A stretch of 64,000 nt of DNA from Thermoplasmatota archaeon (lineage in GTDB: Archaea; Thermoplasmatota; E2; JACPAO01; JAHFTW01): contig JBBSVM010000001.1 of the NCBI GenBank assembly GCA_038046785.1, positions 75,665-139,664 of the forward strand. Reading direction: 5' to 3'. A model generated the notes under the pieces. It was not told where the DNA came from. It did not search any database and worked only from the letters and a program-made list of their open reading frames with translations. The position numbers were made by a program, and so were the translations under genes. Every line of letters begins with the position of its first letter. Positions within the stretch are counted from its first letter, which is position 1. Shown here piece after piece: positions 9,327-17,294 of this stretch.

Positions 9327-10043
9327 CTACAGGACGTAGGCGTAGAGGAACCAGAAGTGCATGGCCGACCCGAGGATGACGAGGAGGTGCCACGCCTCAT
9401 GGTCGCCCATCCAGCGGAACCCCGTCAGGTTGGTGAACAGGGTTGGCCGGTCACGCACGTAGAGGAACGCACCGCCGGAATAGACCAGGCCGCCACCGAT
9501 CAGCCAGCCCATGCCGCCCACGTCAAGGCGCGCCAGCAAGACGGGCGCGGCGATGACGGCGCACCAGCCGAGCGCCGTGTAGCCGAGGATGTGCACCCAT
9601 TTCGGTCCGAGTGGGACGGTGAGCGCGAGGACGAGGCCGACGATGGCGACCCCCCAGGCGAGCGCGAAGAGCACCCAGCCGAGCGTCCCCCCCACCAGGA
9701 GGAGGGCGACCGGGCTGTAGGTTCCGGCGATGAGGAGGTAGATGGCGACGTGGTCGAGCCGTTCCAGCCAGTGCTCGGCGCGCGCCCCGGGGACAGCGTG
9801 GTAGAGCGCGCTCATCGTGTAGAGCGCGACCAGGCCGAACGCGTAGAGCGCGACGGTCGCAAGGGCGAGCGGCTCGTCTGCGCGGACAAGCAGCAGCGGC
9901 AGCACAACGATGGCGACGCCGCCGGCCGCCATGTGGCTGATGCTGTTGAAGCGCTGGCGCAGCCCCACAACCCGTCCACTCGGTCGGGCCACTTGAAACC
10001 ACGCGCCGGCCCCCTGTCGCAAAACCGCTTGCTTATCTGCCAA
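9327..10043 (-). CDS. hemolysin III / PAQR family channel protein
   Basis: Seven hydrophobic segments with conserved SALYH, DHVAIYLLIAGTY and HEAWH blocks. TTG start. Confidence 0.8.
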   Translation of the reverse strand: MADKQAVLRQGAGAWFQVARPSGRVVGLRQRFNSISHMAAGGVAIVVLPLLLVRADEPLALATVALYAFGLVALYTMSALYHAVPGARAEHWLERLDHVAIYLLIAGTYSPVALLLVGGTLGWVLFALAWGVAIVGLVLALTVPLGPKWVHILGYTALGWCAVIAAPVLLARLDVGGMGWLIGGGLVYSGGAFLYVRDRPTLFTNLTGFRWMGDHEAWHLLVILGSAMHFWFLYAYVL

Positions 10044-10053
10044 GCAAAATGGA

Positions 10054-10380
10054 ATGGTGGTCGTGGAAGGCTGGCACCGGGTTCTTGGCGCGGGAGAGCT
10101 GGAAGAAGGTGTTCCGCGCTTGGTCGAAGTGGCGGGCCGCCTTGTCGCCGTCGCCTTGGTCGGGGGCGAACTGGTGGCCGTCGATGGTCAGTGCCCGCAC
10201 AAGTTCGGCGACCTTTCGCAGGGGGCCTGGAAGGACGGATGCGTCACCTGTCCGGTCCACACCGCAACGTTCGACTGCGCCTCGGGCGCTCCCAAACCGG
10301 GCAGCGAATGGGCGGGCCATCTTCCCGTCCACGAGGCGCGCATCAACGACGGCAACGTCGAAGTCCGCCTGAACGGTTAA
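10054..10380 (+). CDS. Rieske [2Fe-2S] ferredoxin-like protein
   Basis: Rieske ligand boxes CPHKFGDL and CPVH, spaced about 20 aa apart, in a 108-aa protein. Confidence 0.8.
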   Translation: MVVVEGWHRVLGAGELEEGVPRLVEVAGRLVAVALVGGELVAVDGQCPHKFGDLSQGAWKDGCVTCPVHTATFDCASGAPKPGSEWAGHLPVHEARINDGNVEVRLNG

Positions 10381-10394
10381 TCGTCTCCGACGAA

Positions 10395-10434
10395 CCACAG
10401 ATTTCACAGATGCCGTATCTGTGCAATCTGGGGT
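10395..10434. repeat. short copy of the palindromic CAGAT-unit junction repeat (CACAGAT variant)
   Basis: CCACAGATTTCACAGAT-GCCGT-ATCTGTGCAATCTGGGG lies in the 73-nt spacer between convergent stops (10380 and 10454). Confidence 0.8.
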
Positions 10435-10453
10435 TCCGTCGTCACGTTGGCGG

Positions 10454-11239
10454 TCAGATGGAGAAAAGCCGCCCGCCATCGACCGGCATGACGATGCCGC
10501 GCACGAACGACGCGGCAGGACTGCAGAGGAACGCGATGACCGCGCCGAGCTCGGTGGGCGTACCAAGGCGCCCCTCCGGTGTCGCGTCGATCCAGCTCTG
10601 CCGGATGGCTTTGGCGCCCTTGCCGGTGCGCAGGCCCATCTCCGTCTCCAAGTGCCCCAGCCGTTCGGTGTCGACGTAGCCGGGGAGGATGCTGTTGATG
10701 GTGATGCCGGGCGGCAACTCGCGGCTGAGGGTCTTGGCCCAACTCGCCATCGTGGCGCGGATGCTGTTGCTCACGCCGAGGCCGGCAATCGGCTCGCGAA
10801 CGCTGGAAGACAGAACGTTGACGATGCGGCCGTAGCCGGACTCTTTCATGCCGGGCAGCAGAGCCTGGACGAGCAGGTGGCTCGCCAGCAGATGGCGACC
10901 ATAGGGCTTGAGGAAGTCCGCCTCTTTCGCCTCCAGCAACGGCCCCGAGGGCGGCCCTCCGGTGTTGTTGATGAGGATTTGGATGGGGCCTGCCTTTTCC
11001 AGGTGCGCCTTCACTTGGCGCTCCAGGCCGGCGCGGTCGTCGAGGTCGGCCACCAGCATGTGCGTCTCCTGGGCGCCGGCATTCTTCAGGATGGGACGCA
11101 GCGCCGCAAGCTTGTCCGGGCTGCGGGCGAGCAGGGTAATGGTGGCGCCCAAACTGGCCAGTTCCATCGCGGCTGCCTTGCCGATGCCTTGGCTGGCGCC
11201 GCAGACCAGGGCGTGCCGTCCCGTGAGGTCAAGGTCCAC
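10454..11239 (-). CDS. SDR-family oxidoreductase (FabG-like)
   Basis: Carries the TGxxxGIG-type motif VCGASQGIGKA and the NNTG block. Last gene of the kynurenine-type operon. Confidence 0.85.
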   Translation of the reverse strand: MDLDLTGRHALVCGASQGIGKAAAMELASLGATITLLARSPDKLAALRPILKNAGAQETHMLVADLDDRAGLERQVKAHLEKAGPIQILINNTGGPPSGPLLEAKEADFLKPYGRHLLASHLLVQALLPGMKESGYGRIVNVLSSSVREPIAGLGVSNSIRATMASWAKTLSRELPPGITINSILPGYVDTERLGHLETEMGLRTGKGAKAIRQSWIDATPEGRLGTPTELGAVIAFLCSPAASFVRGIVMPVDGGRLFSI

Positions 11240-11269
11240 GCCGTGGCGACCGATGAGGGCGCTTTGATG

Positions 11270-11983
11270 CTACCGCTGATGTTCCCGGAGGACGGCGCGC
11301 ACCGGGCTCGCGTCGGCGTCCTCAAGCCGCAACGGCAAGGCGACGAGTTCGTAGTGGCCCGGCTTGACATGCGAAAGGACAAGCCCCTCCAGGTTCATCA
11401 TGCCGTGCCGGAAGAGCGCACGATGGGCAGGGAGCCCTTTGGAGTCGAACAGATCGGTGCTTGGCGTGTCGAAGCCGACGAGCACGACGCCGCGCTTGCC
11501 CAGGGCGTCGATGAGATCGGGCTCGGGCGCGGCGAAGTCGGAGTTCCAGTTCTCGGGGTCGGGGAAGGTCCCGGTCTTGAACAGGATGCGCGGCGCCGTC
11601 GGCTCCTGCACGAGGTCAACGAGGCCGAACCGTGTGCCGCGCTTGGCACGAACCTCGACCACTTGGCAGGGGCCGACGTAGGCGTCGAGCGGGAGGTCGC
11701 TGATGGCGCGCCCCTCATGGTGATAGTGCTGCGGGGCGTCGGTGTGGGCCCCGACATGGTAAGACGAATGGAAGTCGCCGAGGTCGATGCCGCCGCCTTC
11801 TGCCAAGCGTGCCGTCTTGCGCGCCGTGAAGGGAACGTCGCCGGGCCAGTTTGCGATGCGCGGGGAGACAAGCGGGCTGATGTCGAGGACGCGCGAAGCC
11901 TGCGAACTTGCTGCGGCGGAACCGGACGCGTCGGCCACCTGGTCGGCCAAGGTCTTGGCGTCGCGCCACGCTCCGGCCTTCAT
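11270..11983 (-). CDS. kynB: kynurenine formamidase / cyclase-family arylformamidase
   Basis: Cyclase-family metal motif HVGAHTDAPQH. The start overlaps the upstream stop (ATGA at 11980-11983). Confidence 0.75.
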   Translation of the reverse strand: MKAGAWRDAKTLADQVADASGSAAASSQASRVLDISPLVSPRIANWPGDVPFTARKTARLAEGGGIDLGDFHSSYHVGAHTDAPQHYHHEGRAISDLPLDAYVGPCQVVEVRAKRGTRFGLVDLVQEPTAPRILFKTGTFPDPENWNSDFAAPEPDLIDALGKRGVVLVGFDTPSTDLFDSKGLPAHRALFRHGMMNLEGLVLSHVKPGHYELVALPLRLEDADASPVRAVLREHQR

Positions 11984-13506
11984 CGGTTCTGTCCAATGTG
12001 CGCCACGACCTTGAACTCGACGGCAATCGGCGTCGGCAGCGCCTCGACCTGGACCGTCGTCCGCGTTGCTTGGATTTTGCCGAACGCCTTAGCGTACTCT
12101 TCGTTGAACGCCTTGAAATCGCGCTTCATGTCGGTGAGGAAGACCTGGACATCGAAGACGTCGGCAAGCGTCGCGCCCGATTCTTTGAGGACCGCCTCGA
12201 CGTTGGCGACGACCTGCCGCGTCTGCGCGACGATGTCGTACGCGAGCGGTTTGCCGGCGGCGTCGCGCGTCGGGCCGCCGGGGATGGCATCCGTACCGGG
12301 TGTGCGAGGTCCGATGCCGGCAAGGAAGAGCAGGTCGCCGACGCGGCGGGCGTGCGCGTAGGCGCCAACCGGCTTGGGCGCTGACTTTGCGTGGACGATG
12401 GCCTTGCTCGCCGGAGGAGTCGCCGAACTGGGCGCACCAGGATATCCTGCGCCACTGTCCTCATCCGCAGAGGAATGCGCGCCGCTCCAACGCTCGGTCT
12501 CGTCCGAGGTCTCGAACGCATTTGCCCCTCCGAGGACGTTGCGGTCGCCGTGGTGCTCGTCGGGGTCCGCCTCGTCGTACTCCTTGTCGGCCGCTGCTTT
12601 GCCGGTTGGAACCAGTTCGACGATGGCGGCGCCGGTACCGTAGATGGCCTCGTAGGCGTGCACGGTGCCGGCGAAATTGTTTGACTGGCCGGAAACGGCG
12701 GCGAGCCACCAGACCGCCTTCATCTTGGAGTCGCCGTTGGCCTGGCTGGCAAACTCGCGGGCGAGTTGGCTGGCATCCTCCAAACGGCCGCGGGAGAGGA
12801 ACTCGAGGTACTTGCGGTTCCACTCGTCGTCCTTGCGGCTGTGGATTTTGTCCTCCTTGAACGGAACGACGCCGCTGAAGAGCCGGTTGGAGAGCGCGGT
12901 GACGGCGACGGCGACGACGCGCAGACCGCGCTCGGCGATGGCTTCGCGCGCCGCCTTGCCAAGCACGATGGTCTCGGCGCGGTCGGCGTACATGTTGCAC
13001 GACACGATGCTGGCGGGAATCTTGTTGTCGGGGTTGAGAAGTTTCAGCGCGACGACGCTGCCGGTGTCCACGGGGAAACCGCGGTAGGAGACGGCGCGCA
13101 TCTCCAGGCCGCGCTTCTGGCCCGCCGCGACGTAGGCTTCGCCGAACGGCTTGTCCACGCGCAGCTTGTAAGGGATGACGCCGAGCTCGTGCCACTCCTC
13201 GTCCACGTGCGTCCACGCCGGTGCAGGGTCGGTCTGCACCTGGTGGCCGATGACGCTGGGCCAACGCGTCGAATAGAGAATGAGCAGGTCCGGCTTGAGT
13301 TCCTGGATGCGCTTTCGGACCTTCCCATAGGCGTCGCGGATGCGACGGTAGCCCGGGTTCGCGTCGGGCACCAGGAGCGGGTGCGGCAGGTGCGGGACAA
13401 TGAATGAGGCGACGACGCCCGACTGGGCCGCAGATTTCGCAGATTGCGCAGAGCTCCGACGGTTCTGCGAGGTCTGCGGAATCTGCGGTTTGGTCCGGCG
13501 CGTCAT
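11980..13506 (-). CDS. fusion of a LigB-type extradiol dioxygenase subunit (AmnA-like) and a RidA/YjgF deaminase domain, with a repeat-encoded N-terminal extension
   Basis: The N-terminal half resembles class III extradiol dioxygenase subunits (IVPHLPHPLL...). An acidic linker (DKEYDEADPDEHH...SADEDSG) follows. The C-terminal ~130 aa are RidA-like (VGAYAHARRVGDLLFLAGIGP...VEFKVVA). ATG 13506 overlaps the upstream stop (ATGA). Confidence 0.8.
   Translation of the reverse strand: MTRRTKPQIPQTSQNRRSSAQSAKSAAQSGVVASFIVPHLPHPLLVPDANPGYRRIRDAYGKVRKRIQELKPDLLILYSTRWPSVIGHQVQTDPAPAWTHVDEEWHELGVIPYKLRVDKPFGEAYVAAGQKRGLEMRAVSYRGFPVDTGSVVALKLLNPDNKIPASIVSCNMYADRAETIVLGKAAREAIAERGLRVVAVAVTALSNRLFSGVVPFKEDKIHSRKDDEWNRKYLEFLSRGRLEDASQLAREFASQANGDSKMKAVWWLAAVSGQSNNFAGTVHAYEAIYGTGAAIVELVPTGKAAADKEYDEADPDEHHGDRNVLGGANAFETSDETERWSGAHSSADEDSGAGYPGAPSSATPPASKAIVHAKSAPKPVGAYAHARRVGDLLFLAGIGPRTPGTDAIPGGPTRDAAGKPLAYDIVAQTRQVVANVEAVLKESGATLADVFDVQVFLTDMKRDFKAFNEEYAKAFGKIQATRTTVQVEALPTPIAVEFKVVAHIGQNR
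13427..13490. repeat. palindromic CGCAGAT-unit junction repeat, read in frame
   Basis: CCGCAGATTTCGCAGATTGCGCAGA-GCTCCGACGGT-TCTGCGAGGTCTGCGGAATCTGCGG lies within codons ~6-27 of the CDS ending at 13506. Confidence 0.85.
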
Positions 13507-14519
13507 GTCATCAACCTCGGCGTGACCTGGCGCGTCTTGGGATTGGGGTCCCACTCCAGCACGGCGTTGCCAGTGCCGATGACGGTGCCGTAGCCGTGGA
13601 GCTCTGCGGGATACGAAGGAAAGTCGAGCGCCGCGAGAAGCCACGACAAGCAGCCGGCGTCCGCTTCCGACGTCGCCTGGTCGATGAGGTCAGGCAGTTC
13701 GTCGAAGAGCTGCTTCCCTTTGCCGTCGCGGGCGAGGCCGATGGCGTGCATGTCCCACAAGTGCTGCCCGTGGTGGTAGATGTGCTCGTGGCTCATGTCC
13801 TCGGGCACCTTCGGCTCGCGGGTGAAGTGGCGGTGGCTGATGCTGTTGCTGGCGAGCAGCAAGGCGCGCTTGCCGGAAGCTTCGATGGCCTCCCGCGTCG
13901 CCTGGCCGAGGGCACGCATCTGCTCTTGGCCGACCTCGTTCGAGTAGTCGTTGTAGACGCGGCAGGAACTGATTCCGACGATGGGTTTGTCCCACTTCGG
14001 GTTCACGAGGTGGCACGCGGCGATGGTACCGTAGTCGATGCGGTACTCGGGGTTACGCATCATCTTCATCGTGAGCCCCTTCTTGGCGCCGCGGGCCGCG
14101 ATGTCCTCGGCCAACTCCACATCGACGTCGAAGTCGAAGTTGTAGCGGAACAGGTTGGGGAAGATGGGGTCCACGCTGAGCGATTTGAAGTGCGGAACGC
14201 CAAGAATGTGGTGGCCGACCCGGGTGCGCCAGTGCGGCGAGTGCACCAAAATGACATCGTAGTCGCGGGTGGCGCGGGCGAGACTGTGTCGGAGACGCTC
14301 GTAGCCCCAACGGATTGTCTCCCAGCCACCTTCACTGCGCGCCTCGTTCTGTTTCGGATTGTCGGCGTAGACGAGATGCGGCGGGTGCGGCGTGAGACAG
14401 CCGGCGACAATGGAGCCGCCTCCGGCCCGAACCGCAGATGACGCAGAGCGCGCAGACCGAACGTTCTTCTGCGCAATCTGCGCGATCTGCGGTTTGGTCG
14501 GGCGCTGTTTGCTGGCCAT
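13503..14519 (-). CDS. LigB-family extradiol ring-cleavage dioxygenase, catalytic (AmnB-like) subunit, with a repeat-encoded N-terminal extension
   Basis: Class III dioxygenase blocks are present (TPHPPHLVY, VLVHSPHW, SNSISHRH). There is no ATG/GTG/TTG between the repeat and the conserved domain. ATG 14519 lies 1 nt from the upstream stop. Confidence 0.85.
   Translation of the reverse strand: MASKQRPTKPQIAQIAQKNVRSARSASSAVRAGGGSIVAGCLTPHPPHLVYADNPKQNEARSEGGWETIRWGYERLRHSLARATRDYDVILVHSPHWRTRVGHHILGVPHFKSLSVDPIFPNLFRYNFDFDVDVELAEDIAARGAKKGLTMKMMRNPEYRIDYGTIAACHLVNPKWDKPIVGISSCRVYNDYSNEVGQEQMRALGQATREAIEASGKRALLLASNSISHRHFTREPKVPEDMSHEHIYHHGQHLWDMHAIGLARDGKGKQLFDELPDLIDQATSEADAGCLSWLLAALDFPSYPAELHGYGTVIGTGNAVLEWDPNPKTRQVTPRLMT
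14431..14493. repeat. palindromic CGCAGAT-unit junction repeat, read in frame
   Basis: CCGCAGATGACGCAGAGCGCGCAGA-CCGAACGTTCT-TCTGCGCAATCTGCGCGATCTGCGG. Confidence 0.85.
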
Positions 14520-14520
14520 C

Positions 14521-16065
14521 TCAGGTCTCCTTCATCGTGATGTTCTTCGCCTCGGAATAGAAATCGACCGACCACTCGCCGCCTTCGCGGCCGACGCCGG
14601 ACTCTTTGGAGCCGCCAAATGCGGTGGCAAGGTCGCGCACAAGCCAGCAGTTCACCCAGACCATGCCGGTCTCCAGTCGCTCCGCAACGCGGCGCGCTTT
14701 CGTCGCGTCTTTCGTCCAGACGGTGGCCGTCAGGCCATAGCGGACGCCGTTCGCCAACGCAATGGCTTCGGCTTCATCCCTGAAGGACTGCACGGTGACG
14801 ACGGGTCCAAAAATCTCCTCTTGGATGAGCCGACTCTCCTGCACGACGCCGGTGACGAGGGCGGGGGTCAGGAACGCGCCGTCGGCAAGCTCGCCTGCGA
14901 TGGTCGGCCGGTCGCCGCCGCAGAAAACCTTGGCCTCTTTGCGCGCCAAGTCAAGGTAGCCTTCGACCTTGGTGCGATGCGCAAGCGAGTTGAGGGGACC
15001 GATGTCGGTCGCCTCGTCGCGCGGGTCGCCCACCTTGAGCGCTTTCACCGCTGCCTCCAGCTTTGACAAGAATTTGGCCAACAAGCTCTGCTCGACGAGG
15101 ACGCGGCTCGTGCAGAGGCAAACCTGGCCGCCGTTCGTGAAACCGCCGCGAACCACGCCTGCGACCGCAGCATCGAGGTCACAGTCCGCGAAAACAACCG
15201 CAGGATTCTTGCCGCCGAGCTCCAGGCTGAGTTTCTTGGGCGGGCCAGAGGCGGCGGCCTGCGCAACTTTGGCGCCTGTGGCTGTGCCACCGGTGAAACT
15301 CACGGCACGGACGTCCGGGTTCCGGATGAGCGGGTCGCCCGCCTCGGGACCGAGCCCCTGCACGACGTTGTAAAGTCCGTCGGGGAGGCCCGCCTCGGCA
15401 AGCAGGTCGGCAAGAGCGTCGGCGGTGCGCGGCGTCAACTCGCTCGGCTTCGCGACGACCGCATTGCCGAGACCGAGCGCGGGGGCGACCTTCCAGGTCA
15501 GCAAGTAGAGTGGGAGGTTCCAGGGCGTGACGAGGCCGACGACGCCGACCGGAGTGCGCGATGTGGAGTGGACCCAGCCGTCGCTGTGGAACTCCGGCTC
15601 TGTGCGCTGCTCGAGGAAGTCGGCGTAGAAGCGGAAGTTGCGCGCGGCCCGTGGGATGTCGAGCGTGCGGGCGAGTCGAATGGGTTTGCCCGTGTCTTCC
15701 GACTCCATGCGCGCGAGCCGGTCAAGGTCGCGCTCGATGAGTTCTGCGGTGCGGCGCAGGATGCGGCAACGCTCGGCAAGTTCGAGGCTTGCCCACGAGG
15801 GCTGCGCCTTCGTCGCGGCGACCACCGCGGCATCGACGTCCTCGGCGTTGCCGCGCGGGACCTTGCACAGCACGACGTTGCGCGCCGGGTCCACGTTGTC
15901 GAGGTAGGCACCGGATGCGGGCGCCATCTTGCGGCCGCCAATGCGCTGCGACAGGCGCGGAACCGATTCGGCTTGAACATCGCGCTTGGCGTGGCCGTAG
16001 GCGCGGGCAAGGTCGCGTTGCGCCACTTCACGGTCGCGCTGGAGCCAGCCGAATCCTTCGCTCAC
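14521..16065 (-). CDS. NAD(P)-dependent aldehyde dehydrogenase (2-aminomuconate/2-hydroxymuconate semialdehyde dehydrogenase-like)
   Basis: ALDH blocks FTGGTATG, LELGGKNP and a catalytic Cys region (GQVCLCTSR). The GTG start overlaps the upstream stop (GTGA at 16062-16065). About 30 aa of extra N-terminus. Confidence 0.85.
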   Translation of the reverse strand: MSEGFGWLQRDREVAQRDLARAYGHAKRDVQAESVPRLSQRIGGRKMAPASGAYLDNVDPARNVVLCKVPRGNAEDVDAAVVAATKAQPSWASLELAERCRILRRTAELIERDLDRLARMESEDTGKPIRLARTLDIPRAARNFRFYADFLEQRTEPEFHSDGWVHSTSRTPVGVVGLVTPWNLPLYLLTWKVAPALGLGNAVVAKPSELTPRTADALADLLAEAGLPDGLYNVVQGLGPEAGDPLIRNPDVRAVSFTGGTATGAKVAQAAASGPPKKLSLELGGKNPAVVFADCDLDAAVAGVVRGGFTNGGQVCLCTSRVLVEQSLLAKFLSKLEAAVKALKVGDPRDEATDIGPLNSLAHRTKVEGYLDLARKEAKVFCGGDRPTIAGELADGAFLTPALVTGVVQESRLIQEEIFGPVVTVQSFRDEAEAIALANGVRYGLTATVWTKDATKARRVAERLETGMVWVNCWLVRDLATAFGGSKESGVGREGGEWSVDFYSEAKNITMKET

Positions 16066-17294
16066 GGCTCATGCCCCCGCATCAACGGCTGGCTGCCGAT
16101 GTAGTCGTCGTTGTCGTAGGTCCAGTGGTCGGTGTCAGGGTCCCACTCGTCCCATGTCGCAATCGAGCCGAGCGCCTTCAGGAACTTCGGCGGGACGACG
16201 CCCGGAACAATGAACGCCTTCTGCCGGTGCAGCGGGTAGGGGTTGCGCAGCGTGAAGCCGAGGACGCCGAGAATGGCACGCGCGACATACCAGGTCGCCC
16301 TCGGGTTCCAGCCATGCGCGATCTTGACGACGACGCCGAGGCCGTCGGGGTAGTCGGGATGCTCGATGGCGAGGCCGAGCAGGCCGTCGGCGCCTTCCTT
16401 GGCGATGACTTTGCCGCCGCACGATTTCAGGATGGTCGTGTCGAGCCGGTTGAAGCCGCCCACAAGGTCCGGGTTGCGCACCATCGCCTCCCATACCCAG
16501 TCCTTCTTGCGCGTCTTGGCGAGGTGGGCGTAGAGGATGGCGAGCTCGTTGACCGTGTTGCTGAGCGTTGGCAGGCCGCAGCCGTCGCGCGCCGTGCGGG
16601 CGGGGGTCCACTTCGGGCCGAGGATATCGGCGACGACCTTCGTGTAGGCCTGGAACCAGGGGTGCTGCGGCAGCAGGTAGCCGATGCGCGGCCAGCCTTT
16701 CGCCTTGCAGCCGGCAAGGATGGCGGCGTGCTCACCTGAGCAGGTGTGGTACCAGCGGCGCGGACGGCGCACGCTGCGGCCAAACGGGACGAGCGGCAGA
16801 TCGAGCGGCGCCTGCATGAGGCCCCACTCCGTCTCATGGAGAAGGCTCTGCGCGGCTGCGACGTGCTCGGTGTCGCCGTTGTGTGAGGCGAGCGCGATGG
16901 CTTTCTGCTCCCACGATGACGTTGCCAGCTCTTTTGCGAACACTTTCATCGCGAGCGGCTTCATCATGCTGCGGCCGTAGCAGAGAACGTTGCCGCCGAA
17001 CGAGTGAATGAGTTTGCCACCGTGCGCCCACGCGACGGCGCCGTGAATGGTCGTCTCCGAAATGCCGAGGCGACGGTAGTCCACGAGTGGCTCCCACTCG
17101 ACGTCGCGGCCCGTGGGGATTCCTTTCTCGCGTGTGCCAAGAGGGCCCTCTGGGTAGAGCTCGGAGCCGGGGCCCTGAATGCGGTCGCCTTGGCCGTCAC
17201 TGCGAGCGCCCGTTTTGGTCGCAGATTTCACAGATTTGCGCAGAACGCGTTTCTGTGGCTTCTGCGCAATCTGCGACTTCGTCCGGCGCGTCAC
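16062..17294 (-). CDS. asparaginase-II (PF06089-like) family protein with a repeat-encoded N-terminal extension
   Basis: The family core contains the RDGCGLP block. Track ORF 16062..18071 was trimmed to GTG 17294, which overlaps the LLM gene stop (GTGA). About 55 aa precede the conserved domain. Confidence 0.7.
   Translation of the reverse strand: MTRRTKSQIAQKPQKRVLRKSVKSATKTGARSDGQGDRIQGPGSELYPEGPLGTREKGIPTGRDVEWEPLVDYRRLGISETTIHGAVAWAHGGKLIHSFGGNVLCYGRSMMKPLAMKVFAKELATSSWEQKAIALASHNGDTEHVAAAQSLLHETEWGLMQAPLDLPLVPFGRSVRRPRRWYHTCSGEHAAILAGCKAKGWPRIGYLLPQHPWFQAYTKVVADILGPKWTPARTARDGCGLPTLSNTVNELAILYAHLAKTRKKDWVWEAMVRNPDLVGGFNRLDTTILKSCGGKVIAKEGADGLLGLAIEHPDYPDGLGVVVKIAHGWNPRATWYVARAILGVLGFTLRNPYPLHRQKAFIVPGVVPPKFLKALGSIATWDEWDPDTDHWTYDNDDYIGSQPLMRGHEP
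17217..17277. repeat. palindromic CGCAGAT-unit junction repeat, read in frame
   Basis: TCGCAGATTTCACAGATTTGCGCAGA-ACGCGTT-TCTGTGGCTTCTGCGCAATCTGCGA. Confidence 0.85.

Noticed and set aside
13480-13506. Reading the TRRTKPQI / TRRTKSQI N-termini as twin-arginine (Tat) signal peptides.
   Set aside because: No hydrophobic h-region or cleavage site follows the RR. The extensions are uniformly polar and basic, and they sit on enzymes expected to be cytosolic.
15965-16055. A 9-nt perfect inverted repeat (GATTCGGCT at 15965-15973 and AGCCGAATC at 16047-16055) in the N-terminal extension of the aldehyde dehydrogenase, considered as a fifth, decayed in-frame repeat copy.
   Set aside because: It contains no CAGAT/ATCTG units and no similarity to the other copies beyond being an inverted repeat. 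It could be chance, given how many junctions were inspected.
13427-17277. Reading the CGCAGAT repeats as a CRISPR array.
   Set aside because: The units are ~9 nt and arranged as inverted blocks within 40-80 nt modules scattered over 30 kb. There are no regular 25-40 nt repeats with unique spacers and no cas genes.
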